A DNA stretch of 38,691 bases from Patescibacteria group bacterium (GCA_038065675.1 JBBTQM010000025.1:1-38691); one strand, 5' to 3'; positions 15,627 through 25,235 are shown, counted from the stretch's first letter. A program made the numbers and translations. The notes: a model not told the origin generated them from the sequence alone.

Positions 15627-17318
15627 GTGTCTATAAAACTAGTCAAGGAAGAAATAGGGCGATTTATTTCAGGTACGGAATCAGAAATTTTTTGCATTAG
15701 TGGTAAGTGGGGTGTAGGTAAGACCTACAGTTGGAACTATTTCTTAAAGAGTGCAAAAGATGCTGAAAGGATAGGTTTAAAGCGATATGCCTACGTATCT
15801 CTTTTTGGCCTAAAGTCTCTTAACGAACTGAAGTACGCATTATACGAAGCGACCAAACCAGTTGAAAAAATTGGCGAAGATCCAGAATGGGAAGATTTTG
15901 AATTAAAAAACACGGGCGAGACTTTTCTGAGGCGGACACGTTTAGTGATCTCTCGACTAAGTCAGTTGCCTATTGTTCAAGGCTATATAGGGCTGACTGA
16001 AAGCATTCTTTTTTACTTTGTCGGGAAGCAGCTGATTTGTATAGACGACCTAGAAAGAGCTGGGAATGGTTTGGATGTTATGGATGTTTTTGGTCTAATT
16101 TCTTTTTTGAAGGAGCAGCGCCATTGCAAGGTTGTCCTACTTCTCAACAAAGACGAGATAGATAAAGAACAGAGGGCTGTTTTTGACAAGCAATTTGAGA
16201 AAGTTATAGATGAGGACCTTCAATTTAGTCCAACCCCACAAGAAGCGGCTGATATAGTTTTTCCACAACCTGAGGGAATAAAGAAAGACCTTCACCGCCA
16301 CTGTTTAACTCTGGGGGTAATCAATATTCGCGTAATAAAAAAGATAGAGAAAATCGCCTTTAGGTTAGAGGAGATTCTTAAAGATAAATACGCAGATTTG
16401 CTATATCAAGCCATTCACTCATCAACTCTTTTTGCTTGGTCAAAATATCAAAAAGATAAAGAACCACCACCTTTTGACTTTCTAACAAATATAAGTCGGC
16501 TTCTTGGGCTTTTTCTCGATAAAGAGAAGGCAACCGCCGACGACCAAAGATGGAAAGCCCTAATGGCAGAATATAAATTTGGGAATGTAGATGATTTCGA
16601 TTTAGTTATTTATGACGCTGTTCAAAGTGGTATTTTCGACAAAGATGTTTTACTCGCAGCTGCTGAAAAACAGCGCCAGGGAGTCACGAAAAATAAGCAA
16701 GAACAGGTAATTCATGACACTTGGGATCTATATCACGGCTCTTTCGACGATAATGAAAGTGGCGTAATGGATCAAATTTTTAAAGTATCTTTAGAAAATA
16801 TTAAAGTGATTAGCCCATCTAACTTGGAGGGCACCATCAGTACCTTAAAGGAATTTGACCGAAAAAAAGAAGCGGCGGAACTCATTAAGAAATATATAGA
16901 TGAACGCGGGTCCGAAAAAGAACTTTTCGATCTTAAAAATGATCATTTTAGTCGGAATATTAAAGACCCCGACATTCTCCGTGAGTTCGGAAAGAAGAGA
17001 GCAGAATTCGTAGACAATAGGAACCCCGCAGATGTTCTAGAAACCATGGTGATGAACCGCGGGTGGAGTCTGGAAGACGAGGAACTTATTGATAAGTTAT
17101 CGACGGACGACTTTTATAAGATCTTCAAGGGCGAAAAAGGAGATCGAATGCATCGGGTAATTAGAGGCGCTTTGCAGTTAAATCGAAAAGAGTCAGATGC
17201 CAGCAAAGAACTAGGCTCTATTTCCGAAAGAGCCGTCAAGGCACTAGAGAAAATTGCTGGAGAAAGTCGACTGAACGCACGGAGGGTCGCGGCACAAGGA
17301 ATCAAGCTAAAAGACTAG
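15627..17318 (+). CDS. KAP-family P-loop NTPase
   Basis: N-terminal FCISGKWGVGKTYSWNYFL Walker A in the characteristic KAP context (GeWGsGKT). Walker B-like LICIDDLER. 563 aa. GTG start. Lower GC than core genes. Confidence 0.7.
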   Translation: MSIKLVKEEIGRFISGTESEIFCISGKWGVGKTYSWNYFLKSAKDAERIGLKRYAYVSLFGLKSLNELKYALYEATKPVEKIGEDPEWEDFELKNTGETFLRRTRLVISRLSQLPIVQGYIGLTESILFYFVGKQLICIDDLERAGNGLDVMDVFGLISFLKEQRHCKVVLLLNKDEIDKEQRAVFDKQFEKVIDEDLQFSPTPQEAADIVFPQPEGIKKDLHRHCLTLGVINIRVIKKIEKIAFRLEEILKDKYADLLYQAIHSSTLFAWSKYQKDKEPPPFDFLTNISRLLGLFLDKEKATADDQRWKALMAEYKFGNVDDFDLVIYDAVQSGIFDKDVLLAAAEKQRQGVTKNKQEQVIHDTWDLYHGSFDDNESGVMDQIFKVSLENIKVISPSNLEGTISTLKEFDRKKEAAELIKKYIDERGSEKELFDLKNDHFSRNIKDPDILREFGKKRAEFVDNRNPADVLETMVMNRGWSLEDEELIDKLSTDDFYKIFKGEKGDRMHRVIRGALQLNRKESDASKELGSISERAVKALEKIAGESRLNARRVAAQGIKLKD

Positions 17319-17327
17319 CTGGCCAAA

Positions 17328-17423
17328 ATGGTGCCGAGCGCCCGCACTTATGTCATTATGAGGATACTCGGCGCATTTTTAATGGCTATCGGCTTTCTCG
17401 CCATTACCGGCGTAATAGAATGA
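17328..17423 (+). CDS. Possible 31-aa membrane micro-protein (MVPSARTYVIMRILGAFLMAIGFLAITGVIE)
   Basis: Short ORF below the track cutoff. Single hydrophobic helix. Overlaps the next small ORF by ATGA. Confidence 0.25.
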   Translation: MVPSARTYVIMRILGAFLMAIGFLAITGVIE

Positions 17424-17569
17424 AATTCAATTTACCCAACCTCACCATCTTCCTCCTCTTCTTTGGCCTCGCCCTTATTGAAGCAATTCAAAAAGAAAAC
17501 TGGCTTGAAGCGGCCATTTTCCTCATTCTCGGAATAATGTTTCTCCGCGCCGATTTACTTAAAAAATAA
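17420..17569 (+). CDS. Possible 49-aa two-helix membrane micro-protein (MKFNLPNLTIFLLFFGLALIEAIQKENWLEAAIFLILGIMFLRADLLKK)
   Basis: Short ORF read from the sequence. Hydrophobic. Confidence 0.3.
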   Translation: MKFNLPNLTIFLLFFGLALIEAIQKENWLEAAIFLILGIMFLRADLLKK

Positions 17570-17588
17570 ATTATTTAATAATAAAACC

Positions 17589-18227
17589 ATGTCTAAAAAA
17601 ACATTAGGGGAGATTGAAGAAGAATTTGTACAATCGGCGCGCGTTTCGGGCCAAAAAACCAACAATCCGGTCGTGGTGGCCATAGTTGGCGTAACCGGCG
17701 TGGGCAACAGCACAATCGCCAGCGCTTTGGAGAAAAAACTTGGCTGGAGTGTTATTGAAAACAACAAAATCAGAGTTGCCCTCCGCGAGAAAGGGAGTGG
17801 TTTTACTCCGGAAACCACGGCTAAAATCGGGTATGCCATGCTCGGCAAAATTCTCCGCGCCGGCGGCAACGCCATTCTTGACTCTGACTTTGCCGACAAG
17901 AACAAGCGAAAAAAATTGGAGCGTTTCGCGAAAAATTTTCGGGCGCGGGTTATTTACCTGCGCTTGGTCTGCGACCGCGACACGATGATTGAGCGCATAA
18001 TACACGCCCGCTATAACTCTAAAACCGATATTTTCAAAAACGCCGTTATTGCCGTAAGGGAACACTCGCGCCGCCTGCCGTGGCATTATCGTTGGACCGA
18101 AAAAGGCGGCGGCCAGTTTTTGCTTAAAAAACTACCCGTAAAGTTCCTGGCGGAAATAGACACAACCGACCCGAGAAAATGGCCGAAAAAGCTGGGCGTA
18201 GTAGCTGAAAAACTGAAGAAAAATTAA
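17589..18227 (+). CDS. P-loop kinase-like ATP-binding protein (AAA_33/zeta-toxin-like fold)
   Basis: Walker A VAIVGVTGVGNSTIA near the N-terminus. 212 aa. Confidence 0.55.
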   Translation: MSKKTLGEIEEEFVQSARVSGQKTNNPVVVAIVGVTGVGNSTIASALEKKLGWSVIENNKIRVALREKGSGFTPETTAKIGYAMLGKILRAGGNAILDSDFADKNKRKKLERFAKNFRARVIYLRLVCDRDTMIERIIHARYNSKTDIFKNAVIAVREHSRRLPWHYRWTEKGGGQFLLKKLPVKFLAEIDTTDPRKWPKKLGVVAEKLKKN

Positions 18228-18285
18228 ATTGTGCAGAAATTGTTTGTTTACCTATGACAAAAACCAGCGCCGATTTGCTGAAGAA

Positions 18286-18537
18286 ATGAAATCTTTTTCG
18301 GAAGAAGTTTATTCTGTCGTCCGCAAAATCCCGCGCGGAAAAACTTTAACCTACAAGGAAGTCGCGAAAAAGGCGGGGAGACCCAAGGCCTACCGCGCGG
18401 TGGGAAATATTTTAAATAAAAATCACGACCCGAAAATCCCGTGCCACAGAGTCGTACGTTCCGACGGGAAAATCGGAGATTACAACAGGGGAATGCGCCT
18501 CAAGCTGGAACTATTGAAAAAAGAAGGTGCAGTCTGA
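18286..18537 (+). CDS. MGMT-family protein (methylated-DNA-protein-cysteine methyltransferase DNA-binding domain, stand-alone)
   Basis: Active-site motif PCHRVV and a helix-turn-helix wing (TYKEVAKKAGRPKAYRAVGN). Start set at the Met of MKSFSEEVYS; the upstream in-frame Met would create an atypical extension. Confidence 0.75.
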   Translation: MKSFSEEVYSVVRKIPRGKTLTYKEVAKKAGRPKAYRAVGNILNKNHDPKIPCHRVVRSDGKIGDYNRGMRLKLELLKKEGAV

Positions 18538-18602
18538 GTGTATTCTCTAATTCGCGCGAATAGTGGAATAATATTCATTCCAAGGGATGCCCTTGGAATT
18601 TT

Positions 18603-19526
18603 TTATTTGGCGTGGAGGTAGAGATAAAGGTCTTCAATGGCGCGTACGGCGTCGCCCGAGGCGATGTTGTTCTGGTGGTAACGGACATTTGTTGCGTCTC
18701 CCGCCGCCCAGATTCCGGGAGTGGAAGAGATTTGCGTCCACGGGTCTATTTTTATGCGCCCGTATTCATCAAGCTCTAAAATATCTTTTACGAAATCAGT
18801 GTTCGGAGTTTGTCCGATTTCAACAAAAACTCCGGTTACCGGAAGTTCTTTTTCTTCCCCCGTGCCTTTGTCGCGGTAAACAAGAGAACTTACCATTTTG
18901 TCGCCCTTTATTTCTATTACATCAACATTTTCAAGCGCTTTCATTCGCGGATTTTTCAGAACTTTTTCTACCGATACAGGGTCGGCCTTAAAGCCGCGGC
19001 TGTGATTCAAAAGTATGACGCTTTTGGTGTAGGCAAGAAGTTGAGCGGCGGTTTCAAACGCGGCGTTGCCCCCGCCGATAACGGCGACATCCTGCCCTTC
19101 AAAAATCGGCCCGTCGCAGGAAGCGCAATAAGTTATTCCCTTGTGTTCAAGGCGATTTGCCCCCGGTACGGCGAGTTTTTTTCTTCCCGAGCCCGCGGCA
19201 ACAAGGATTGCTTTCGTCACGTAGGAATTTCCGCTTGAAGTTGAAACGGAAAATCCGCCGCCATCTTTTTTTATTGAAACCACTTTTTCTCCTTCCTCAA
19301 TTGCCACCGAATCGCCGGCATAGGCCTTAAGATGCTCTTTCAATCGGGTTGCCAGATCAATTCCCGAAATGGAAACCGTGCCTATCCAGTTTTGTATGTC
19401 GTCCGATACGACAGACTGGCCGCCGAATTCATTCGCTATAAGGAGGGTTTTTAATTTTTTGCGCGCGGCGTAAATTCCGGCGGACGCGCCCGCGGGACCC
19501 CCGCCGATGATAATCAAATCAAACAT
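18603..19526 (-). CDS. trxB: Thioredoxin-disulfide reductase
   Basis: FAD motif IIIGGGPAGASAGIYAAR. Redox-active CASCDG. NAD(P)H motif AVIGGGNAA. Confidence 0.9.
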   Translation of the reverse strand: MFDLIIIGGGPAGASAGIYAARKKLKTLLIANEFGGQSVVSDDIQNWIGTVSISGIDLATRLKEHLKAYAGDSVAIEEGEKVVSIKKDGGGFSVSTSSGNSYVTKAILVAAGSGRKKLAVPGANRLEHKGITYCASCDGPIFEGQDVAVIGGGNAAFETAAQLLAYTKSVILLNHSRGFKADPVSVEKVLKNPRMKALENVDVIEIKGDKMVSSLVYRDKGTGEEKELPVTGVFVEIGQTPNTDFVKDILELDEYGRIKIDPWTQISSTPGIWAAGDATNVRYHQNNIASGDAVRAIEDLYLYLHAK

Positions 19527-19649
19527 AAGTTTTTAGTTTTTCCTGCCCGCGTGTACGCGCAGGCGGGCAGTTTTTGGTTTTTAGGTAATCGGCAATAAGC
19601 ATGAATCTTACTATATAAACTACTCACTAAAAACTACCAACTACTCATT

Positions 19650-20861
19650 TTATTTTTTGCCGCGTCTAAGAAATGCCGGTATCGCGCTCCATTCGTCGCT
19701 TTCGTCCATCACGCTGTCGTCAATGATTATATCCCTTTTTTCTTTTGTTTTTTCGCCCCTTTCTTTTTCCGCAGTTTTTTTAATTGCTTCAGACGAAGGC
19801 GTCATTACGAACGCCGGTAAAATGTCCCGCCGGTCTTCCTTGCGCTCTTCTTTTTTCTCTTCGCGCTCCTTGCCGAGCCCGAAAAGTGAGTTTTTCTTCG
19901 GGATATTATTCGGGAACCCGGAAGCGATGACGGTAACCTTAATCTCGCCTTTCTTTAATTTATCGTCATGAATGGCGCCAAAAATTACTTTTGCTTCTTT
20001 GTCTATTGATTCGGTGATTGTTTTCGCCGCCTCCTGGACTTCATGCATGGTCATGCTCTCGTCGCCGGCTATGGCGAAAAGAACTCCCTTGGCCCCGTGT
20101 ATTGAGATTTCAAGGAGAGGAGAATTAATGGCCGCCGTCGCCGCTTCAACGGCGCGATTTTCGCCGATTGCGCGTCCTATTCCCATCAAGGCGGGACCGG
20201 TATTGGACATAACGGCGCGGATATCGGCAAAGTCCACATTTATGATGCCGGGGACGGTAATCAGCTCGGAAATGCCTTCAACCGCTTGGCGCAAAACCTC
20301 GTCACAAATGGCAAAAGCGTTCCTTAAACTGGTGTTTTTATCGACTATTGAAAGCAGGCGGTCGTTCGGTATTACGATAAGCGCGTCAACCTCTTTTTCC
20401 AGCTCCTCTATGCCTTTTTCAGCCAGCCTCATGCGCTGTTGGCCCTCAAAAAAGAACGGCTTGGTGACGACTCCGACGGTAAGAATGCCCTGTTCTTTGG
20501 CGATGCGCGCGATAACGGGGGAAGCTCCGGTGCCTGTGCCGCCGCCCATCCCGCAGGTGATGAAGGCCATGTCGGCGCCTTTCAAAACATCCTGGATTTC
20601 TTCTTTGGTTTCTTCGGCGGAGCGTTTGCCTATTTCCGGATCCATTCCCGAACCGAGACCTTTCGTTAAATTTTTTCCAATGTGGATTTTTTTCTGCGCG
20701 AGAGATTTGTGGAGGTCTTGCGTATCGGTGTTCATCGCGATGAATTCAACTCCGCGCACTTTGGAGTTGACCATGTAATTGAGAGCGTTTTTTCCCGAAC
20801 CTCCGACCCCGACAACTTTTATTCTGGCGAATGCTTCTACTTCCGGATTTAGCTTTGGCAT
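19650..20861 (-). CDS. ftsZ: Cell division protein FtsZ
   Basis: Tubulin signature GGGTGTG. N-terminal IKVVGVGGSG. Basic C-terminal tail. Confidence 0.95.
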   Translation of the reverse strand: MPKLNPEVEAFARIKVVGVGGSGKNALNYMVNSKVRGVEFIAMNTDTQDLHKSLAQKKIHIGKNLTKGLGSGMDPEIGKRSAEETKEEIQDVLKGADMAFITCGMGGGTGTGASPVIARIAKEQGILTVGVVTKPFFFEGQQRMRLAEKGIEELEKEVDALIVIPNDRLLSIVDKNTSLRNAFAICDEVLRQAVEGISELITVPGIINVDFADIRAVMSNTGPALMGIGRAIGENRAVEAATAAINSPLLEISIHGAKGVLFAIAGDESMTMHEVQEAAKTITESIDKEAKVIFGAIHDDKLKKGEIKVTVIASGFPNNIPKKNSLFGLGKEREEKKEERKEDRRDILPAFVMTPSSEAIKKTAEKERGEKTKEKRDIIIDDSVMDESDEWSAIPAFLRRGKK

Positions 20862-20928
20862 GACAGTAATTATTGATTAATTTAAATGCATCATAGCAGA
20901 AAAACCAGCTCCGCAAAACACTCCCTTT

Positions 20929-22095
20929 TTACGGCAAAAGTTCCTTTAACGAAGAGCCCAGAATCGCCTTTGTTTTCTTCAAGAATTCGCCCAGTAATCC
21001 GCCGCCGTTATGCGCCGACCGGTCTGAAATCATGAGAAGTCCGTATGCCACCGCCCATGAAGGGTCGCCAACTTTCCCCTTTGAGTTTTCAAGAAGGTCG
21101 GGGGTGGTGATGCGAGCGGGCAGATCCAGAGTTTTTTTAGCGAGCTCTTCAATGAGAGAAATCTGCGCGCCGCCGCCGGTTATGACGATGCCGGCCGGAA
21201 GAAGGCCGCTCCGCCCGATTTTTTTCAGATACGTTTCAACGAGTTCAAAAATATCAATCAAGCGCGCTTCGATTATTTCTTCAAGTTTGCGGCGCGGCCG
21301 ACTCGATGAATCAAGTCCTCCGGTTTTTATTTCCTCCGCCTCTTCTATCGGAATTTTTAATCCCAAGGCGATGTCGTTCGTAATGTCGGTCCCGCCTATC
21401 GGAAAAACGTGCAAAAACACAGGAGTGTCATTTTCAAAGACGACCATGGAAACCGTTTCGGCGCCAATGTTCACAAGAACAGAGCCTGCCGTTTTCTGGC
21501 GCCTGTTTAAGGTGACCAAGCTGGCGGATATGGGGGAGGCGACCACGTCTGCGACCTCAACGCCAGCGTCTTCAATGATTTCAACCAAGTCGTCCAAATG
21601 CTGTTTCAGGCAGGTGACAAACATGGTTTTGACCTCCAGTTTAAGTCCGTGCATGCCAGCCGGGCGCCCCCATATTTCTTTTCCGTCCAACTTCCATTTT
21701 ACGGGGATGGTGTGAAGAATACGGCGGTTTTCCAGCGTCCCCAATGATTTCTCACTGTCGGCTACGGCCTTTTTCATATCCAATTCGGTAACCTCGCCGT
21801 CGCCCTTGGATATAACCGCGGAGCCGGTCCCCATTACCGAATCCAGGCTAATCCCGCCGATTGAGGCGAAAGCGCTCTTGATTTTTATTTTGGAGGCGCG
21901 TTCCGCTTCCCGTACGGCTCTTTCCACGCTTTTTCGCGCTTCTTGGCGATTCATGACGTATCCGTGCCGGAGTCCGCGCGATTCGGCAACGCCCATGCCT
22001 ATAATGGCCGGAAATTTGTGGCCATTTTCGTATTCTCCAACTATGACGCGGCTTGACTGTGTGCCAACATCTATGCCGACAGTGATATTCCTCAT
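20929..22095 (-). CDS. ftsA: Cell division protein FtsA
   Basis: Actin-like ATPase. N-terminal ITVGIDVGTQSSRVIVGE. Adjacent to ftsZ on the same strand. Confidence 0.85.
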   Translation of the reverse strand: MRNITVGIDVGTQSSRVIVGEYENGHKFPAIIGMGVAESRGLRHGYVMNRQEARKSVERAVREAERASKIKIKSAFASIGGISLDSVMGTGSAVISKGDGEVTELDMKKAVADSEKSLGTLENRRILHTIPVKWKLDGKEIWGRPAGMHGLKLEVKTMFVTCLKQHLDDLVEIIEDAGVEVADVVASPISASLVTLNRRQKTAGSVLVNIGAETVSMVVFENDTPVFLHVFPIGGTDITNDIALGLKIPIEEAEEIKTGGLDSSSRPRRKLEEIIEARLIDIFELVETYLKKIGRSGLLPAGIVITGGGAQISLIEELAKKTLDLPARITTPDLLENSKGKVGDPSWAVAYGLLMISDRSAHNGGGLLGEFLKKTKAILGSSLKELLP

Positions 22096-22108
22096 TCTTC
22101 CTTTATAT

Positions 22109-22501
22109 TTATATGTCGAAAACCTTTCTAAATTTTTCTTCAGTTTTTTCCATTGTACTACCGTGTCGGTTTCCTTTCAAATGAACGAGGGCGTGAATAA
22201 AGAAAAAACCGACGAGCCTGCCGCCTTGGCGGTCGAAATCTTTTGCCGACTTTTTTATTTCCGGAACGCAGAGGAAAATTTCCCCGCTGTTTTTTGATAG
22301 GGGAAACGAGAGAACATTGGCCGGCTTATTTTTCCCGCGGTGCGCAAGGTTTAATTTTTTCGCTTTTTCGGGGGAAACGAAAACAACCGAAAGCTCGTAT
22401 TTTTCTCCGAGAATCGCGTTTTTCAGTTTCAAAAAAGGCAAGCGGGGAAGCTTGCCTTTCACAGTATTCGTGATTGAGAGATTGGCAGTAGTCTTGACCA
22501 T
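22109..22501 (-). CDS. ybeY: rRNA maturation RNase YbeY
   Basis: Metal-binding motif HALVHLKGNRHG (HxxxHLxGxxH). Confidence 0.7.
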   Translation of the reverse strand: MVKTTANLSITNTVKGKLPRLPFLKLKNAILGEKYELSVVFVSPEKAKKLNLAHRGKNKPANVLSFPLSKNSGEIFLCVPEIKKSAKDFDRQGGRLVGFFFIHALVHLKGNRHGSTMEKTEEKFRKVFDI

Positions 22502-22508
22502 GCTGGCC

Positions 22509-22757
22509 CTAGCGGCGGCGCCCTTTTTTCGTTTGCGGGAGTTTGCCGAGTTTTCTTAAGCGTTCGTATTCTTTGCGGCGGCCGATGACCTTAAGGGCGC
22601 CTTTTTTGCGCTTGAATTTTGAGAGCGGGCGGTCGCTGTAGCGCATGGAGCGCACACGCGGAAGAACGCCGGATTCCTGGACGCGCCGCGTAAAGCGGCG
22701 CAGGAGCCCCAAAGCATTTTCGTTCCCCGACTTTCTTACTTCTACGTTTACGTTCAT
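22509..22757 (-). CDS. rpsU: 30S ribosomal protein bS21
   Basis: MNVNVEVRKSGNENALGLLRRFTRRVQESGVL...RKKGAL matches the bS21 pattern. The longer ORF in the track is an N-terminal over-extension. Confidence 0.75.
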   Translation of the reverse strand: MNVNVEVRKSGNENALGLLRRFTRRVQESGVLPRVRSMRYSDRPLSKFKRKKGALKVIGRRKEYERLRKLGKLPQTKKGRRR

Positions 22758-22851
22758 AATTGCAACAAACCTTATCACGATAAGGTTTTTTTGGCAAACA
22801 AAAAGCCGCCTGGAATTACAGGCGGCCGGCACTCTTTCTCCATCTTTCACG

Positions 22852-23190
22852 TCACCGAAGGGCATACGGAGATACATCGGACAGCATGACCTTGAGGTGG
22901 CCGTTTCCCGCCCTCTTTTTCAGTTCGGAAAACCGAACGACGTGAAGAAGGCTTTCATTGTGGCCGTATGCGTTCAGTTGTCCAAGATACCCCGTGGCCT
23001 CGAGGAGTTCCGGAGATGGTTCTTTTGGTTCTCCTTTTTCCCCCTGGATCACCAAATCAAGGGGGATATTATTGTTAAGAGCGTTCCCGATGATTTTCTC
23101 TAGGCGCCTTGCCGAAGCAAGTTTAGCCTTTTTGACTCTTCTCTCAAAGGCGGTAAATTCCGCCTCCGTTCTCCCACTTTTAGTGCGCAT
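22852..23190 (-). CDS. Hypothetical protein between hisS and rpsU
   Basis: 112-aa ORF co-oriented with flanking genes. No motif recognised. Confidence 0.35.
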   Translation of the reverse strand: MRTKSGRTEAEFTAFERRVKKAKLASARRLEKIIGNALNNNIPLDLVIQGEKGEPKEPSPELLEATGYLGQLNAYGHNESLLHVVRFSELKKRAGNGHLKVMLSDVSPYALR

Positions 23191-23324
23191 ACCGCTCTCC
23201 TTAAAAGGACTTATACTTTAATATTTAAACTTATATTACTAAAAAAGTCAAGCTTTGAAGATTTAGCCACATAGTAGCCACATAGGAAGTTCCTATGTGG
23301 CTGCGAAGATGCTTTTTGGTTAGC

Positions 23325-24632
23325 TTACTTAAGTTCCTTCAGATATTCCAGCAGGTCTTTTATGGAGACGGTGTCCTGAGAGCGGTTCATCATGTTGCGC
23401 ACTATCACCGTTCCTTCCACCGCTTCTTTCTGCCCGAAAATTATTGAATAGGGAACCCCCATTTTTTCCGCGGTTGCGAGCTGGGCGCCAAGGCTATCTT
23501 TTGAGAGCGACTGGGCGATAGGCACGCGCGCCTTGCGGAGAATTTCTATAATGGCGAGACTTTTTAATTTTGCTTCAAACCCGAGCTGGATAAAACAGAC
23601 TTTCGGTTTTTTCAAAATGCGCGGGGTGAGTTTTTTGTGGTCTGGCGAAAGAATCACACGGTCTACTCCAATCGTGCATCCGACTGCGGGGATATCTTTC
23701 TTGCTCCCGAGAGCGCGCGCCAGATAGTCGTACCTCCCTCCGCCGGCTATGGCGAGCGGCTCTTTTGCTACCTCGCCTTCGGCCGGTTCCTGCAATGTTT
23801 CTTTTATTTCAAACACCGTTCTGGTGTAATAATCAAGGCCGCGGACGAGAGTTTTGTCTATGTGGTACGGAATATGCATTTCTTCCAGATATTCAAGCAC
23901 TTCTTTGAAATGTGATTTACAGGCGGAACATAGATATGCCACGGAATCGGGCGCGCCTTCTTTGAAGGTAACGCATTTTTCGTTTTTACAATCAAGCAGG
24001 CGGAGTGGGTTTTCTTTCAGGCGCTCCTTGCAGTTCGCGCAAATTTCTTCGGTGTGTTTGCGGTAATATCCCTGCAATTCTTTTATGTAACGCGGGCGGC
24101 ATTCTTTATCGCCGATTGAATTTATGACAATGGTTACATTTTTAAATCCGCTTTCCTCAAGTATGGTGACAATCGTTCTTATGATGACGGCATCGGCTAT
24201 GCTTTTCTCGGTGCCCAGCATTTCCAACCCGAATTGCCTGAATTCTCGAAAGCGGCCGCGCTGGGGGTTGTCGTGGCGGAAGAACGGGCCGTAATAATAA
24301 AGAGAAACCGGCTGGGGGAGAGATTGCATCCCATGTTCAATATAAGCGCGCATTATGCCGGCGGTTCCTTCCGGGCGGAGTGCCAGCCTGTCGCCACCCT
24401 TGGTTCTTATTGAATACATTTCTTTTTCCACGATGTCGGTTCCGACCCCTACTCCCGTAGTGAAGACTTCCTCGTGTTCAATTATCGGAAGTTCAATCGG
24501 TTCGAATCCGTAGTAAATCGCTACTTCCTGCGCTTTTTCAAAAATTCCCTGATAGTCGTAATATTCCCCGTCACGAATATCGCGCATTCCTTTCGGTGAC
24601 TGCAGAGCTTCTTTTTTCATTGATTTTTTCAT
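23325..24632 (-). CDS. hisS: Histidine--tRNA ligase with a Cys4 zinc-ribbon-like insertion
   Basis: Class II aaRS motifs (RLALRPEGTAGIMRAY; GGGRYD). Insertion CANCKERLKENPLRLLDCKNEKC...CSACKSH. Confidence 0.9.
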   Translation of the reverse strand: MKKSMKKEALQSPKGMRDIRDGEYYDYQGIFEKAQEVAIYYGFEPIELPIIEHEEVFTTGVGVGTDIVEKEMYSIRTKGGDRLALRPEGTAGIMRAYIEHGMQSLPQPVSLYYYGPFFRHDNPQRGRFREFRQFGLEMLGTEKSIADAVIIRTIVTILEESGFKNVTIVINSIGDKECRPRYIKELQGYYRKHTEEICANCKERLKENPLRLLDCKNEKCVTFKEGAPDSVAYLCSACKSHFKEVLEYLEEMHIPYHIDKTLVRGLDYYTRTVFEIKETLQEPAEGEVAKEPLAIAGGGRYDYLARALGSKKDIPAVGCTIGVDRVILSPDHKKLTPRILKKPKVCFIQLGFEAKLKSLAIIEILRKARVPIAQSLSKDSLGAQLATAEKMGVPYSIIFGQKEAVEGTVIVRNMMNRSQDTVSIKDLLEYLKELK

Positions 24633-24638
24633 GTCGGA

Positions 24639-25235
24639 TTAAAGAGAATAATTATATTTTCCGGGGAAAAGAGATATTTCCGTCACGGGGAAAAGGCGCA
24701 GAAGCGCGCGCCCGACGATGAGTTTGCGGTCAAGCATTCCCCATACTCGCGAATCGGAACTTGAAATCCGGTTGTCGCCCATTACAAAATATTCGCCCTC
24801 TCCCAGCGCGTATGTTCCGTTGTCGTTTGATTTATTTTTTATAAACGGTTCGGTAAGAGCGGCAGATTTATTCTCGCCGGACTTTTCAACCGAGATCGTT
24901 CCATTTTTAACTTCAACCGTTTCGCCCGGAAGCCCCACGACTCTTTTGATGAAAAATTTTGACGGGTCTTTGGGATAGCGGAAAACTATCACATCGCCGC
25001 GTTTCGGTTCCTCAAAACGGTACGAAACCTGGTCTATTATCAGGTATTCTCCGTTTTCAAACGTCGGCACCATTGATGCGCCGGAGACAATAAATGGATT
25101 GACGATGAAAAGGCGGATGGGCAATACAATGAGAAGAGCGAAAAAGGCGAGTTCAAGCGCTTCACGGAACCAATGCTTCCCGCCATTTTTATTTTCTTGC
25201 GGAAACTCTATCGGTTTCTCCGTATTTTCGCTCAT
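24639..25235 (-). CDS. lepB: Signal peptidase I
   Basis: SGASMVPT (catalytic Ser box). GDVIVFRYP. KRVVGLPGETV. GDNRISSSDSRVWG. Confidence 0.9.
   Translation of the reverse strand: MSENTEKPIEFPQENKNGGKHWFREALELAFFALLIVLPIRLFIVNPFIVSGASMVPTFENGEYLIIDQVSYRFEEPKRGDVIVFRYPKDPSKFFIKRVVGLPGETVEVKNGTISVEKSGENKSAALTEPFIKNKSNDNGTYALGEGEYFVMGDNRISSSDSRVWGMLDRKLIVGRALLRLFPVTEISLFPGKYNYSL

Noticed and set aside
19972-20778. 268-aa plus-strand ORF (and 19657-19971, 20439-20669) overlapping ftsZ in antisense
   Set aside because: Fully antisense to a clearly identified ftsZ. Ser/Ala/Pro-rich low-complexity translation typical of reverse-frame artefacts.
21032-22297. Plus-strand ORFs 21032-21715 and 21806-22297, antisense to ftsA/ybeY
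   Set aside because: Embedded in the opposite strand of well-supported genes. No motifs.
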